DNA of 64,000 nucleotides, taken from the IMG/VR virus record IMGVR_UViG_3300032259_000004, positions 743 to 64,742 of that record, one strand, 5' to 3'. The stretch is from a virus. Lineage: Duplodnaviria; Caudoviricetes. This document shows, one piece after another, positions 35,432 through 43,961 of the stretch (its first letter is position 1; the number at the start of each line of letters is the position of its first letter). The translations under genes and the position numbers were made by a program. The notes beneath the pieces are model-generated. The model was not told the DNA's origin. It ran no database searches and was given only the letters and a program-made list of their open reading frames with translations.

Positions 35432-35650
35432 ATGACGAGAGGACACGGCTACTACCTGATCCCTTGGGTGACTGAGGAGATCGACGAACGCGAGGCGGCC
35501 CTGGAGTGGGCCGAGGAGGCTGGCGCCGAGACGCGCGAGATGGAGGTCAACGACGGCCTCTATGGCCTGAACATCGAGACCCGGAGCCTGGGGCTCGCTG
35601 TCGAGTTCACGAAGCGCTTCGGAGGCTGGGTCTACGCTGCGCTGATCTAA
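35432..35650 (+). CDS. Early hypothetical protein
   Basis: GGAGGAG RBS. Confidence 0.6.
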   Translation: MTRGHGYYLIPWVTEEIDEREAALEWAEEAGAETREMEVNDGLYGLNIETRSLGLAVEFTKRFGGWVYAALI

Positions 35651-35666
35651 CGGAAGGAGGCACGAG

Positions 35667-35996
35667 ATGACGACACTGATCGAGGTCAAGACGAAGATCG
35701 AGCTGCTGGCGAAGTTCTACCGCAAGGAGTACGCGAAGCTCGTCTCGGAGATCGGGATCGGGAACAGCACAAAGGGCTACGATGGAGACCTTCGGCGACT
35801 CTACGACCGGGCTGGCGCCTTCGACACCGCGCTGGGCATCATCGCGAACATCGAGAACGGGATGCTCGACGAAGACATCGAGACCGCTCGGGCCTCGGTG
35901 ATCGCGCCCGGCTCCTGGACGTGCCCGGAGTGCGAGACCCTTAACCCGCCCGAGGCGACAGTCTGCTCCTGCGTGTTCGCGCGGAACCCCTATTGA
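35667..35996 (+). CDS. Early protein with C-terminal RanBP2-like Zn finger
   Basis: WTCPECETLNPPEATVCSC. Confidence 0.65.
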   Translation: MTTLIEVKTKIELLAKFYRKEYAKLVSEIGIGNSTKGYDGDLRRLYDRAGAFDTALGIIANIENGMLDEDIETARASVIAPGSWTCPECETLNPPEATVCSCVFARNPY

Positions 35997-36042
35997 CAAA
36001 TCCTCCTAAATGCACTACCATCTAAGTGGAGGTGATGAGATG
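35993..36042 (+). promoter_or_regulatory. Early promoter cassette 6
   Basis: TTGACA-17-TACCAT-CTAAGTGGAGGTGATGAG-ATG. Confidence 0.85.
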
Positions 36043-36474
36043 ACACGAGAAACGGCAGCAACGAGAGACGCCCGGTTCGCGGCCCTGGTGGCCCGAGCTG
36101 AGGCAGCCGGGCACGCCGCCGCTGCGGCAGCGATCCCGACCCCGATGGTGGTCGTCGAGACGGACGGCCTGAGTGACCGTCCCACGCCGGGTGGCCGGAG
36201 TTGGGTGGTCAACGAGGGGCCGTGCGGCTTCGCCTGGATCGTCGTCCGGCCTGGTGGTTCGAGCTTCGCTCGGTGGGCCAAAGCCAACGATGAGGCCCGA
36301 CGGCCCGACGGTTCGACCTACCCCGCCTGGAGCAACCACTACTACGGCGGCCTGTCGCGCTGGGTCGGTGAGTTCGGCCAGAGCGTCACGCGGAAAGAAG
36401 CCTTCGCCACGGCTTACGCCGAGGTCCTCCGCGAGGCTGGGATCGAGGCCACGAGCGGGAGCCGCCTGGACTGA
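36040..36474 (+). CDS. Early conserved-looking phage protein
   Basis: EGPCGFAWI...QSVTRKEAFA.AYAEVLREAGI...SRLD. Confidence 0.7.
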   Translation: MTRETAATRDARFAALVARAEAAGHAAAAAAIPTPMVVVETDGLSDRPTPGGRSWVVNEGPCGFAWIVVRPGGSSFARWAKANDEARRPDGSTYPAWSNHYYGGLSRWVGEFGQSVTRKEAFATAYAEVLREAGIEATSGSRLD

Positions 36475-36486
36475 GGAGATGCCGAG

Positions 36487-36840
36487 ATGACCGAGACCAC
36501 GAGACTGGGAGACTGCTACGAGGCCGCTGTCGGGTTGCTGCTCGATCTCAAGATCGACGGCACGGTCGAGAACGCGACCCTGGTTCACGGGCTCGTGACC
36601 GGGACGGACGGCGAGGTCGAGGGCGTCCGGTACGGCCACGCCTGGGTCGAGATCGGGGACGCGGTGTTCGACTACTCGAACGGTCGCAAGATCGTTCTCC
36701 GCCGCGAGCACTACTACGAGGTCGGCAACATCACCGACGAGGACACCACGCGCTACTCCTGGGACGAGGCCAGAGCGGCGCTGCTGGAGAACGAAACCTA
36801 CGGCCCTTGGGAGGACCGTTTCTTCTACGAGGAGGTGTGA
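36487..36840 (+). CDS. Small transglutaminase-like (Cys-His-Asp) protein
   Basis: GDCYEAA, LVHG, GHAWVE, VFD. Confidence 0.6.
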   Translation: MTETTRLGDCYEAAVGLLLDLKIDGTVENATLVHGLVTGTDGEVEGVRYGHAWVEIGDAVFDYSNGRKIVLRREHYYEVGNITDEDTTRYSWDEARAALLENETYGPWEDRFFYEEV

Positions 36841-36841
36841 G

Positions 36842-37114
36842 ATGAAAGCGATCACCGCAAAATACGCCGGGACCTGCCGCTGGTGCGGCACCAACATCAG
36901 CGCCGGGGAGAAAGTCCTCTGGTCGAGGGGCGCCGGGGTCGGGCACATCAACTGCCGCCCCTCTGGCAACGCCCGCGAGGACGCCGAGTATTACGCCGGA
37001 CGGGCTGACGGCCAGCGCTACTCCGACGAGCGGAAGATGTACGGCCCAGAGTTGGCTGAGGCGTTCGCGGTCGCCGACGAGATGGCACGATGGAACCGAG
37101 GCGAGGACTACTGA
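36842..37114 (+). CDS. Early hypothetical protein
   Basis: AKYAGTCRWCG...HINC. Confidence 0.65.
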   Translation: MKAITAKYAGTCRWCGTNISAGEKVLWSRGAGVGHINCRPSGNAREDAEYYAGRADGQRYSDERKMYGPELAEAFAVADEMARWNRGEDY

Positions 37115-37129
37115 GAAAGGGGGAGTGAG

Positions 37130-37333
37130 ATGAGAGTGACAGACGTTGACGCTTTTACCCTGCTGGACGACGGCACCCTGGACACGGTGATCCGGTGGCC
37201 GGATGGCAACGAGTGGCGCTACAGCCAGGAGACCGCCGCCGAGTACCGGGACGAGGATGGAGTCCTGGACCTGGATCGCTTCCTCGCCGAGGTTGTGATC
37301 CCCACCTGGGAAGACTACGGGAGGAGGGTGTGA
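37130..37333 (+). CDS. Early hypothetical protein
   Basis: GGGGAG RBS. Confidence 0.6.
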   Translation: MRVTDVDAFTLLDDGTLDTVIRWPDGNEWRYSQETAAEYRDEDGVLDLDRFLAEVVIPTWEDYGRRV

Positions 37334-37530
37334 TGAAGTTGATGATCGCGAGAGACAAGATGATCGACACGGGCTCGGGGGCCATCGCGGTCCTCTACAT
37401 CCGTGACGGCCTGAAGCGCTGGAAGGTTCGCAACGGATCGACCGGCTACATGGAACTCCTTCGGGCAGGCTGGCGCCTGGTCGGAACGGACGCGCGTGGG
37501 ATCACCACGTTCGAGGAAGGAGGTGCATAG
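37333..37530 (+). CDS. Early hypothetical protein
   Basis: GGAGG RBS; TGATG coupling. Confidence 0.55.
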   Translation: MKLMIARDKMIDTGSGAIAVLYIRDGLKRWKVRNGSTGYMELLRAGWRLVGTDARGITTFEEGGA

Positions 37531-37766
37531 TGCGATACGACTACGAGATCACCATCGACGGCGAGGTCTTCGGGACCGACTTCATCGGCCCCATCGGCGC
37601 CGCCAAGAAGGCTCGGGCGGTTGCCCTGGAGAACCCCGAGGCCACGATCCAGATGTTCGAGGTCGTGACCGACGACGAGGGAGACGTCGAGCGAGAGCTG
37701 CTCTTCAGCGCTCGGGGTGGTGGGGCTGCCGGGGGCGGTCACGAGGCGATCAAGGGGGACTTCTGA
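37530..37766 (+). CDS. Early hypothetical protein
   Basis: GGAGG RBS; GTG start. Confidence 0.55.
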   Translation: MRYDYEITIDGEVFGTDFIGPIGAAKKARAVALENPEATIQMFEVVTDDEGDVERELLFSARGGGAAGGGHEAIKGDF

Positions 37767-38080
37767 TGTCCGACCCTCCGAACCAGGAGCAGATCATGGA
37801 GTGGCTCCACGGAGTCGAGGAGCGCCGGAGAGCTGCCAGGCGATCCGGCGACCGCGAGCGCGAGTGGATCGCGGGACAGATCCGCGAGGCCATCGAGGGC
37901 GAGCAGCGACACGACTGGCGACCCATCGGCGCCGAGACCAGCGATCTGGTGCGTTGCGCAAAGTGCGCCAAGATCGAGATCCGCCAGATCGCTCATCAAC
38001 TCATCGTCCCCTGCGGCATCGCGAACGTCGTGGAGGGGCTGCGGCGGGCCTTGCAGATCATCACCGGGAGCCGGGAGTGA
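37766..38080 (+). CDS. Early hypothetical protein
   Basis: TGATG coupling; HDW...CAKC. Confidence 0.55.
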   Translation: MSDPPNQEQIMEWLHGVEERRRAARRSGDREREWIAGQIREAIEGEQRHDWRPIGAETSDLVRCAKCAKIEIRQIAHQLIVPCGIANVVEGLRRALQIITGSRE

Positions 38081-38088
38081 CAGGGGGC

Positions 38089-38138
38089 TTGCATTCTCCA
38101 CCCGCATGGGTTACCATCTAAGTGGAGGTGATGACATG
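38089..38138 (+). promoter_or_regulatory. Early promoter cassette 7
   Basis: TTGCAT-17-TACCAT-CTAAGTGGAGGTGATGAC-ATG. Confidence 0.8.
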
Positions 38139-38354
38139 GCAACGAACCGACGAGCGAGCTACGAGTTCCGGACGGCCCCAGAAGGCAACACCGCCTGGGG
38201 CTTCCCAAGATCGCCAACGGCCCCCGCAGTCTTCCTCGAAGAGTGGGCTGGGCGGAGCCTGGAAGAGTTCGAGAAGCGCCTGGGTCGCCCTGCCGACTGG
38301 GCCACCTATCACAACTGGAACGGGCGCAAGGTGAACTTCTACTACTGGCGGTGA
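38136..38354 (+). CDS. Early hypothetical protein
   Basis: Start within cassette 7. Confidence 0.6.
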   Translation: MATNRRASYEFRTAPEGNTAWGFPRSPTAPAVFLEEWAGRSLEEFEKRLGRPADWATYHNWNGRKVNFYYWR

Positions 38355-38366
38355 GGAGGTAGCGAG

Positions 38367-38510
38367 ATGACGAGACTGGCAAGAGAGATCGCGGTTCTGG
38401 TTCTGGTCGCAATCGTCGCCATCGGCGCGGTTCCGGTGGCAATCCCCACTGAGGTCCGGGTTCCCGTGACGGTCGCCCTGGCTTCCATCGAGTACGGCCC
38501 GGAGGTGTGA
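38367..38510 (+). CDS. Small membrane protein (47 aa)
   Basis: IAVLVLVAIVAIGAVPVAI; GGAGG RBS. Confidence 0.55.
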   Translation: MTRLAREIAVLVLVAIVAIGAVPVAIPTEVRVPVTVALASIEYGPEV

Positions 38511-38511
38511 G

Positions 38512-38733
38512 ATGACGAAGACGACAGCGACCCGCTTCAAGAAGATCGAGTATGGCCGATACTTCTTCGAGACCACCACCGGGGTTCGCGGCGAGGTCAC
38601 GGCATGGCCCGCGAGATACCAACTGAAGAACCGCTGGGTCGCGCGGGTCGGAGCGTTCTCCGCCGCTGCCCCGAGACGCCACCTGGCCGTCGAGGCGGTC
38701 GTCGCCAGCTTGAGCTTGAGAGAGGAGGTGTGA
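38512..38733 (+). CDS. Early hypothetical protein
   Basis: GGAGG RBS; ends EEV. Confidence 0.6.
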   Translation: MTKTTATRFKKIEYGRYFFETTTGVRGEVTAWPARYQLKNRWVARVGAFSAAAPRRHLAVEAVVASLSLREEV

Positions 38734-38734
38734 G

Positions 38735-38944
38735 ATGACGACCACCAAGACCACCGAGCGAACAGCCTACGCGATGGCCGTCGCTGGCCGTCAGGATGCG
38801 TGGGTGGCCGCAGCCGGTGGAACCGAAACGCCCGTCCGTGATGCCCTTGGGCGCCGGATGTTGTACTGCTACAACCCCGGCCAGAGGCGCCACGCCTACA
38901 TCGACCTCGACACCGACATCGAGGCGACCCCGACCTGGAGGTGA
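38735..38944 (+). CDS. Early hypothetical protein
   Basis: GGAGG RBS. Confidence 0.6.
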   Translation: MTTTKTTERTAYAMAVAGRQDAWVAAAGGTETPVRDALGRRMLYCYNPGQRRHAYIDLDTDIEATPTWR

Positions 38945-38948
38945 CGAG

Positions 38949-39233
38949 ATGACGAAGACGATACCCCTGTACCCACCGCCTGAGTTCGGGAAGGATCGAG
39001 TGCTCATCACCGAGCGGAGCCCGAGCTACATCCGGGGCGAGTGGAGACCGAAGGGTCGGATGCTGACGCGAGCCATTCGGAACATCGAGTGGATCGAGGA
39101 CGACGACCCGCGCTACTGCCACTGGAAGGGCACCGTGACGTTCCTGGGTGAGGAGGTCGAGGTCACCCGCTACCGCTTCGCGCACTCTTGGAGCGGGACG
39201 GTGTGGAGCGTCGAGCGGAGATGGCGGAGATGA
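38949..39233 (+). CDS. Early hypothetical protein
   Basis: GGAGG RBS. Confidence 0.6.
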   Translation: MTKTIPLYPPPEFGKDRVLITERSPSYIRGEWRPKGRMLTRAIRNIEWIEDDDPRYCHWKGTVTFLGEEVEVTRYRFAHSWSGTVWSVERRWRR

Positions 39234-39427
39234 GCGACTTCCCCGGAGCAGCCTACGACCGATGGCGCCTCCAGGCACCACCGGAAGAAGAGCACGACCC
39301 CGAGTGCCCGTGCCACGAGGACCACGCCCCTGACGACGACGCCGAGTGTCGTTGCCAGGACATCGAAGAGTACCTGGCCGACGAGGCCGCCGAGTTCTAC
39401 CTCGAACGCATGAGAGGAGACGGATGA
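39230..39427 (+). CDS. Small acidic Cys/His protein
   Basis: AYDRW...HDPECPCH...CRC. Confidence 0.55.
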   Translation: MSDFPGAAYDRWRLQAPPEEEHDPECPCHEDHAPDDDAECRCQDIEEYLADEAAEFYLERMRGDG

Positions 39428-39780
39428 TGACGAATGCAGTCTACGTGGGCAGCCCTGGATTCCCAGGCAAGGTGACCGTCGTCACCGGGACTGTTCACAC
39501 CGAGAGCCGCCAGGTGAAGCCGCTACCGCTGCGCCTGGATCTCGCGAACCACTCGCCAACCGGGTTCGCCTGGGGCTACGGCGGGAGCGGGCCAGCGCAG
39601 CTCGCGCTCGCGATCCTGGCGGATACCGTCAGTGACGAGCTGGCGCTCAAGTGGCACCAGCACTTCAAGATGAGATTCCTATCGACGCTCGACGGCGACC
39701 AGCCGTTCCAGTTGCCGCGCTCGATGGTCGTGGAGTTCGTCCTGGCGATGGAAGAGAAGGAGAAAAAGGTTGGGGAGTGA
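39424..39780 (+). CDS. DUF6166-like protein
   Basis: NHSPTGFAWGYGGSGPAQLALAILAD. Confidence 0.75.
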   Translation: MMTNAVYVGSPGFPGKVTVVTGTVHTESRQVKPLPLRLDLANHSPTGFAWGYGGSGPAQLALAILADTVSDELALKWHQHFKMRFLSTLDGDQPFQLPRSMVVEFVLAMEEKEKKVGE

Positions 39781-39906
39781 ACGGTCCCTGAAACGTCCAC
39801 TCCCCAGGAGGTGATACAGCAGAACCGATTATACACCCAGCCATAGGGGCTTCGCAAAACCTCACTTCTATGGCTATACTAAGAGGTCAAGAGAGGAGGC
39901 ACCACC

Positions 39907-40185
39907 ATGATGGAAGCGTTAGCGAAAAAGTACATCCGCGAGACCGGCCTGGAGCCCACCTATCGGCGGCTCGCGAGGGCGATGGCATTCTGCCGCAAGT
40001 ACGGCCTCCAGCCGCGCGAGGTGAGGTTCGAGAACCACATCGACCCGCGCTGGGCATCGTGGGACAAGCGGACCGCTGCTGAGCGGCTGTCTGTGGATCT
40101 CGGGCACACGAACGCGACGAAGCGCTACGGCCCGGCGTCCCGCTGGTGGATCGTTCCGAAGCGACTACCCAAGAAGGCGGCGTGA
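39907..40185 (+). CDS. Hypothetical protein
   Basis: GGAGG RBS; candidate promoter TTCGCA-18-TATACT at 39851-39880. Confidence 0.65.
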   Translation: MMEALAKKYIRETGLEPTYRRLARAMAFCRKYGLQPREVRFENHIDPRWASWDKRTAAERLSVDLGHTNATKRYGPASRWWIVPKRLPKKAA

Positions 40186-40649
40186 TGTCCTGCTCGCGTT
40201 GTGGCGGGAGAGGGTGGATCTACGATCCGCACAATCGGTCGGCTGTCCGTTGTATGGACTGCGAGGCGAACGACCGCCTGAAACGTGAAGGCGTCCCTCC
40301 TGCTGAGGATGTCGCCGGACCACAGCAGCCCAGCGTCGATGATGACCGCGCGGACTTCTACAACACGATCTCCTTGACCGGCGACGAGCTGGCGGAGGCG
40401 AAGTCCGGTGCCCGAACGCAAGAGTCTCGGGTGCTCGCGTACTTCAGAGCTTTCCCGGACCTAGAGCTGACCCCCTGGCAGGTCCAATCGAAGTTCCCGC
40501 GCTGGCCCATCACCTCTGTCCGCAGAGCGATCACAAACCTCACGGCAGAGGGTTGTCTTGTGCGAACACACCACCAGAGGCCCGGCCCTCACGGGAAGCC
40601 CTCTTACTGCTGGAAGCTGCGAAGGAGGAGCACCTCTCTCAGGGCTTGA
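40185..40649 (+). CDS. Zn finger plus winged-helix DNA-binding protein
   Basis: CSRCGGRG..CMDC; LTPWQV...ITSVRRAITNLTAEG.L. Confidence 0.65.
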   Translation: MSCSRCGGRGWIYDPHNRSAVRCMDCEANDRLKREGVPPAEDVAGPQQPSVDDDRADFYNTISLTGDELAEAKSGARTQESRVLAYFRAFPDLELTPWQVQSKFPRWPITSVRRAITNLTAEGCLVRTHHQRPGPHGKPSYCWKLRRRSTSLRA

Positions 40650-40679
40650 CTCTGGGACCTCTTGTGGAGTAGACTCCAC
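40646..40679 (+). promoter_or_regulatory. Sigma70-type promoter with palindrome over the -10 box
   Basis: TTGACT-18-TAGACT; GTGGAGT-AG-ACTCCAC at 40664-40679. Confidence 0.65.
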
Positions 40680-40682
40680 CGT

Positions 40683-40871
40683 ATGCCGAAGCACTACAAA
40701 GAAGTCAGAGCACGAATTGATCCCAAGGCGCACGCGAACGCGGTGAAGGTTTGCGAGCACTACGGGATCACCCTGACGGTGCTCGTCGAGCGGCTCTTGG
40801 CGCGCTCGGACCTTTGGGACCTTTGGGAGGAGGAGACCGTCGGGAAGAGACCAGGGAAGTTCCAGTCATGA
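40683..40871 (+). CDS. Ribbon-helix-helix-like regulator
   Basis: KEVRARIDPKAHANAVKVC...ITLTVLVERLL; no RBS, ATG 8 nt after -10. Confidence 0.6.
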   Translation: MPKHYKEVRARIDPKAHANAVKVCEHYGITLTVLVERLLARSDLWDLWEEETVGKRPGKFQS

Positions 40872-41716
40872 CGCATCTCTCAGTGAGTCAACTCGACACG
40901 CTGACGAAGTGCGGACAACAGTGGTACTTCCGCTACGTCGAAGGTCTACGAATGCCGCCTGGGGTCCGGATGGTGATCGGGAGCGCGGTCGATGGCTCGG
41001 TCAACCGGAACCTCCAAACCAAGATCGAAACGGATGAGCTGATGCCGACCGAGGCCGTTGCCGAGACCGCGCGAGACGTCCTGAACGAGGCGTGGTCGAG
41101 GAACGGGGTCGAGCTGGACCCAGAGGAGAAGGAGCTGGGCATCAAGAAGGTCAAGGGGGCCGCCATAGACCGATCCGTGGGGCTCGCGGTGCACCATGCT
41201 GAGCAGCTCGCTCCGGGGCTTCGACCCGTCCAGGTCCAGCGCAAGTTCGAGATCGACCTGATCGGCTACGACACCACCTTCCTCGGCTACATCGACATCG
41301 ACGAGGGCACGCGGATCAGGGACACGAAGACGACCCGCAAGGGCAAGGGGCAGGTCAAGGACGACGTTCATATCTCGACCCAGTTGACCGCCTACGCCCT
41401 GGCGAAGAAGGTGATCGACGGGAAGATCCCGAAGGCGGTCAAGCTCGACTTCGTGTTCGACCGCTACGACAACAAGCGCGACCGCGAGCCGCAGCACGAG
41501 ACGTTCACGGCGAGGCGCACGACCGCTGACTTTCAGCCGTTGCTGAACCGAGTCGAGCGCGCCATCGAGGTCATCGAGTCCGGGGCGTTCATGCCAGCCC
41601 CTCCGGGGTCCTGGTGGTGTCATCCGAAGTGGTGCGGCTACTGGGCCGTGTGTCCGTGGGTCAACAAGAAGAGCATCTCAATCCAAGTACCGAAGAAGGC
41701 AGGAGGTGGAAAGTGA
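40868..41716 (+). CDS. PD-(D/E)XK RecB/Cas4-like exonuclease
   Basis: HLSVSQL...CGQQWYFRY, GYIDI, DTKT, QLTAYA, CHPKWCGYWAVCP. Confidence 0.85.
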   Translation: MTHLSVSQLDTLTKCGQQWYFRYVEGLRMPPGVRMVIGSAVDGSVNRNLQTKIETDELMPTEAVAETARDVLNEAWSRNGVELDPEEKELGIKKVKGAAIDRSVGLAVHHAEQLAPGLRPVQVQRKFEIDLIGYDTTFLGYIDIDEGTRIRDTKTTRKGKGQVKDDVHISTQLTAYALAKKVIDGKIPKAVKLDFVFDRYDNKRDREPQHETFTARRTTADFQPLLNRVERAIEVIESGAFMPAPPGSWWCHPKWCGYWAVCPWVNKKSISIQVPKKAGGGK

Positions 41717-43032
41717 CGACGAAGGAAGCGACGAAGGCGCTGGCCCAGGTGGCCCGCAGCGAAGAGATCTCCAAGGCGACCGGGGTCCTCAGTGACAAGG
41801 ACATCGGCGCCTCGGCTCAGTCCCTCGCAGCCCAGACGGAAGTCCAGGGTGCGATCCTGATGGCGAAGCAGTTCCGACGCGACGAGGACAACGCCTTCGA
41901 GCGGATCATCCGCGCCTGTCGGCGGAGCACCTTCGCGGAGAACGTGACCTACAACTTCCCGCGTGGGAGCACCAGGGTCATCGGCCCTTCGATCTACTTC
42001 GCCCGCGAGATGGCGAAGGCATGGGGCAACATCACCTACGGTTTCCGGGTCATCCGCGACGACGAGGAGCTTCGGGTCATCCGGGCCTACGCCTGGGACA
42101 TGGAGCACAACACTCGCGTCGAGCAGGAGGACAGCTTCAAGAAGCTCATCCAGCGCAAGTTCGGAGGCGAGACGAGATGGGTCTCCCCGGACGAGCGAGA
42201 CCTCCGAGAGCTGACGAACCGCAGGGGCGCGATCCTGGTCCGCAACTGCCTTCTGTCGCTCATGCCCCAGGACTACGTGGATGAGGCCATCAGAGAGGCT
42301 ACAGCGACGATGCAGAAGGGTATTGCGGCAGACCCCGACGGAGCCCGGAAGAAGATTATCGCTGGCTTCGGCAAGCTCAACGTCAAGCCTGCGGCGCTGA
42401 AGACCTATCTCGGGATTCCACTGGAGCAGGCATCCCCGGCCCAGCTTGCCGAGCTGCGCTCGATGTACGAGTCGATCCGTGACGGTCACTCGACCTGGGC
42501 GGACTACTCCCAGGACGGGACCGAGAGCAAGCCGAAGCAGCCGCAGAAGACCGGCAAGCTCGACCCGTCGAAGCTCCAGAAGACGGAGGAGAAGCCGGAG
42601 GAGCAGGACAAGATCGAGTACGTCAACGCCGACGAGATCGAGGCCATCAAGAACCTCCAGAAGGTCGCCACTCAGCACGGCTTCGACATCACCGAGCTGA
42701 ACGAGTACCTGAAGGAGCACGCTGGCACGGCGGCCCTGAAGAAGATCCCGCGCGACAAGTTCGAGCAGGTCCTCGACTGGCTGACTGAGCGGATGAACGA
42801 GCTGGCGGTCAGCGGTTCCGATTCTGAGCCCTCAGATGAGGAGACAAAACCGGAACCGAAGATGATGAGCGCGGCCCAGATCAAGCGGATCGAGGACACC
42901 GCCGACAATCTGGGGATCGACATCGGTGCCGTGAAGCGTCACACTTCCGCGAAGTTCGGCGCGAGTGTCCTTGAGAAGATCCCCGCGAACGAAGAGACCG
43001 AGATCCTCGCCTGGATGGCGAAGAAGAAATAG
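41713..43032 (+). CDS. Putative ssDNA-annealing/recombination protein
   Basis: Follows the exonuclease; YNFPRG...GPSIYFAREMAKAWGN; acidic, low-complexity C-terminal half. Confidence 0.6.
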   Translation: MTTKEATKALAQVARSEEISKATGVLSDKDIGASAQSLAAQTEVQGAILMAKQFRRDEDNAFERIIRACRRSTFAENVTYNFPRGSTRVIGPSIYFAREMAKAWGNITYGFRVIRDDEELRVIRAYAWDMEHNTRVEQEDSFKKLIQRKFGGETRWVSPDERDLRELTNRRGAILVRNCLLSLMPQDYVDEAIREATATMQKGIAADPDGARKKIIAGFGKLNVKPAALKTYLGIPLEQASPAQLAELRSMYESIRDGHSTWADYSQDGTESKPKQPQKTGKLDPSKLQKTEEKPEEQDKIEYVNADEIEAIKNLQKVATQHGFDITELNEYLKEHAGTAALKKIPRDKFEQVLDWLTERMNELAVSGSDSEPSDEETKPEPKMMSAAQIKRIEDTADNLGIDIGAVKRHTSAKFGASVLEKIPANEETEILAWMAKKK

Positions 43033-43041
43033 GAGACCAGA

Positions 43042-43506
43042 GTGACCAAGAGATTCGAGCGGACGCTGCCCGTTGAGCTGAGCACCACGGAACTCGACGA
43101 GCGGCGCGACAAGCTGGCGAACTTCGACCTCAAGGTGCAAAGCCTGATGGAAGAACTCGAAGCCGTGATCGAGGAGGCGAAGGCGCAGAAGAAGGCGCTC
43201 TCGACGCGGATCGACGCGGCCCAGGCGATGTGCTTCAGCCTGGCCGGAGAGATCAAGGACAGGTCCGCCTATAAGGCCGTGCTCTGCGAGCTGAGCCTCT
43301 ACCATGATGAGGGCCAAGCGGTGACCGTGAGGACCGACACCGGGGAGATCATCGACGTCCGCGAGCTGGACGAGGAGGAGCTACAGCTCGGCCTCGAAGA
43401 CAAGCCCCAGAAGATGCCAGCGGCCTTCAAGAAGGCGCTCAAGAAGTGGGCTGCCGAGCAGGAGCAGGAGGGGCAGAAGGTCTCGATCACCTTCGACGAT
43501 GAATGA
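43042..43506 (+). CDS. Coiled-coil hypothetical protein
   Basis: AGGAG RBS, GTG start. Confidence 0.65.
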   Translation: MTKRFERTLPVELSTTELDERRDKLANFDLKVQSLMEELEAVIEEAKAQKKALSTRIDAAQAMCFSLAGEIKDRSAYKAVLCELSLYHDEGQAVTVRTDTGEIIDVRELDEEELQLGLEDKPQKMPAAFKKALKKWAAEQEQEGQKVSITFDDE

Positions 43507-43739
43507 AAATCCACGAGCTGCTCGACGTCGAGGAGGGGGAGCCGTTGGCGTTCAGCTTCCCACTCGACGGCGAGCAAGTGTACGGCTCATTCGAGGTGCT
43601 CTACGAGCGCACGAGAGGACCCGCGACGATCTGGCGGTGCCAGGGCAACACGCGCGACACGCGAGTGGTTCAATTCGACTTGATCGGTTTGTCGGGTGGT
43701 CAATGGCGGGTATCGAACATACGCATTGTTAGGAGGTAG
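43503..43739 (+). CDS. Hypothetical protein
   Basis: ATGA overlap. Confidence 0.55.
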   Translation: MKIHELLDVEEGEPLAFSFPLDGEQVYGSFEVLYERTRGPATIWRCQGNTRDTRVVQFDLIGLSGGQWRVSNIRIVRR

Positions 43740-43741
43740 AC

Positions 43742-43960
43742 ATGGCAGAGAAGAAGGCAGCTAGAGGGATGACGATCAAGGTGCCGCAGGAGTTCGCTCT
43801 CGCGATCCGCAACGCCGCGAAGGTGAGCGGTGTGTCGGAGAGGAAGATCCGCGAGCTGCTGGCGACTCGACTCTTCAGCGAGTACACCGCCGCGATCATC
43901 CCGAAGATGGTGCACGACATGGTTGGCACCCAGCTCGGTCTCGACCTCGACGACGAGTGA
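43742..43960 (+). CDS. Putative small DNA-binding protein
   Basis: AGGAGG RBS; MTIKVPQEFALAIRNAA. Confidence 0.6.
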   Translation: MAEKKAARGMTIKVPQEFALAIRNAAKVSGVSERKIRELLATRLFSEYTAAIIPKMVHDMVGTQLGLDLDDE

Positions 43961-43961
43961 G

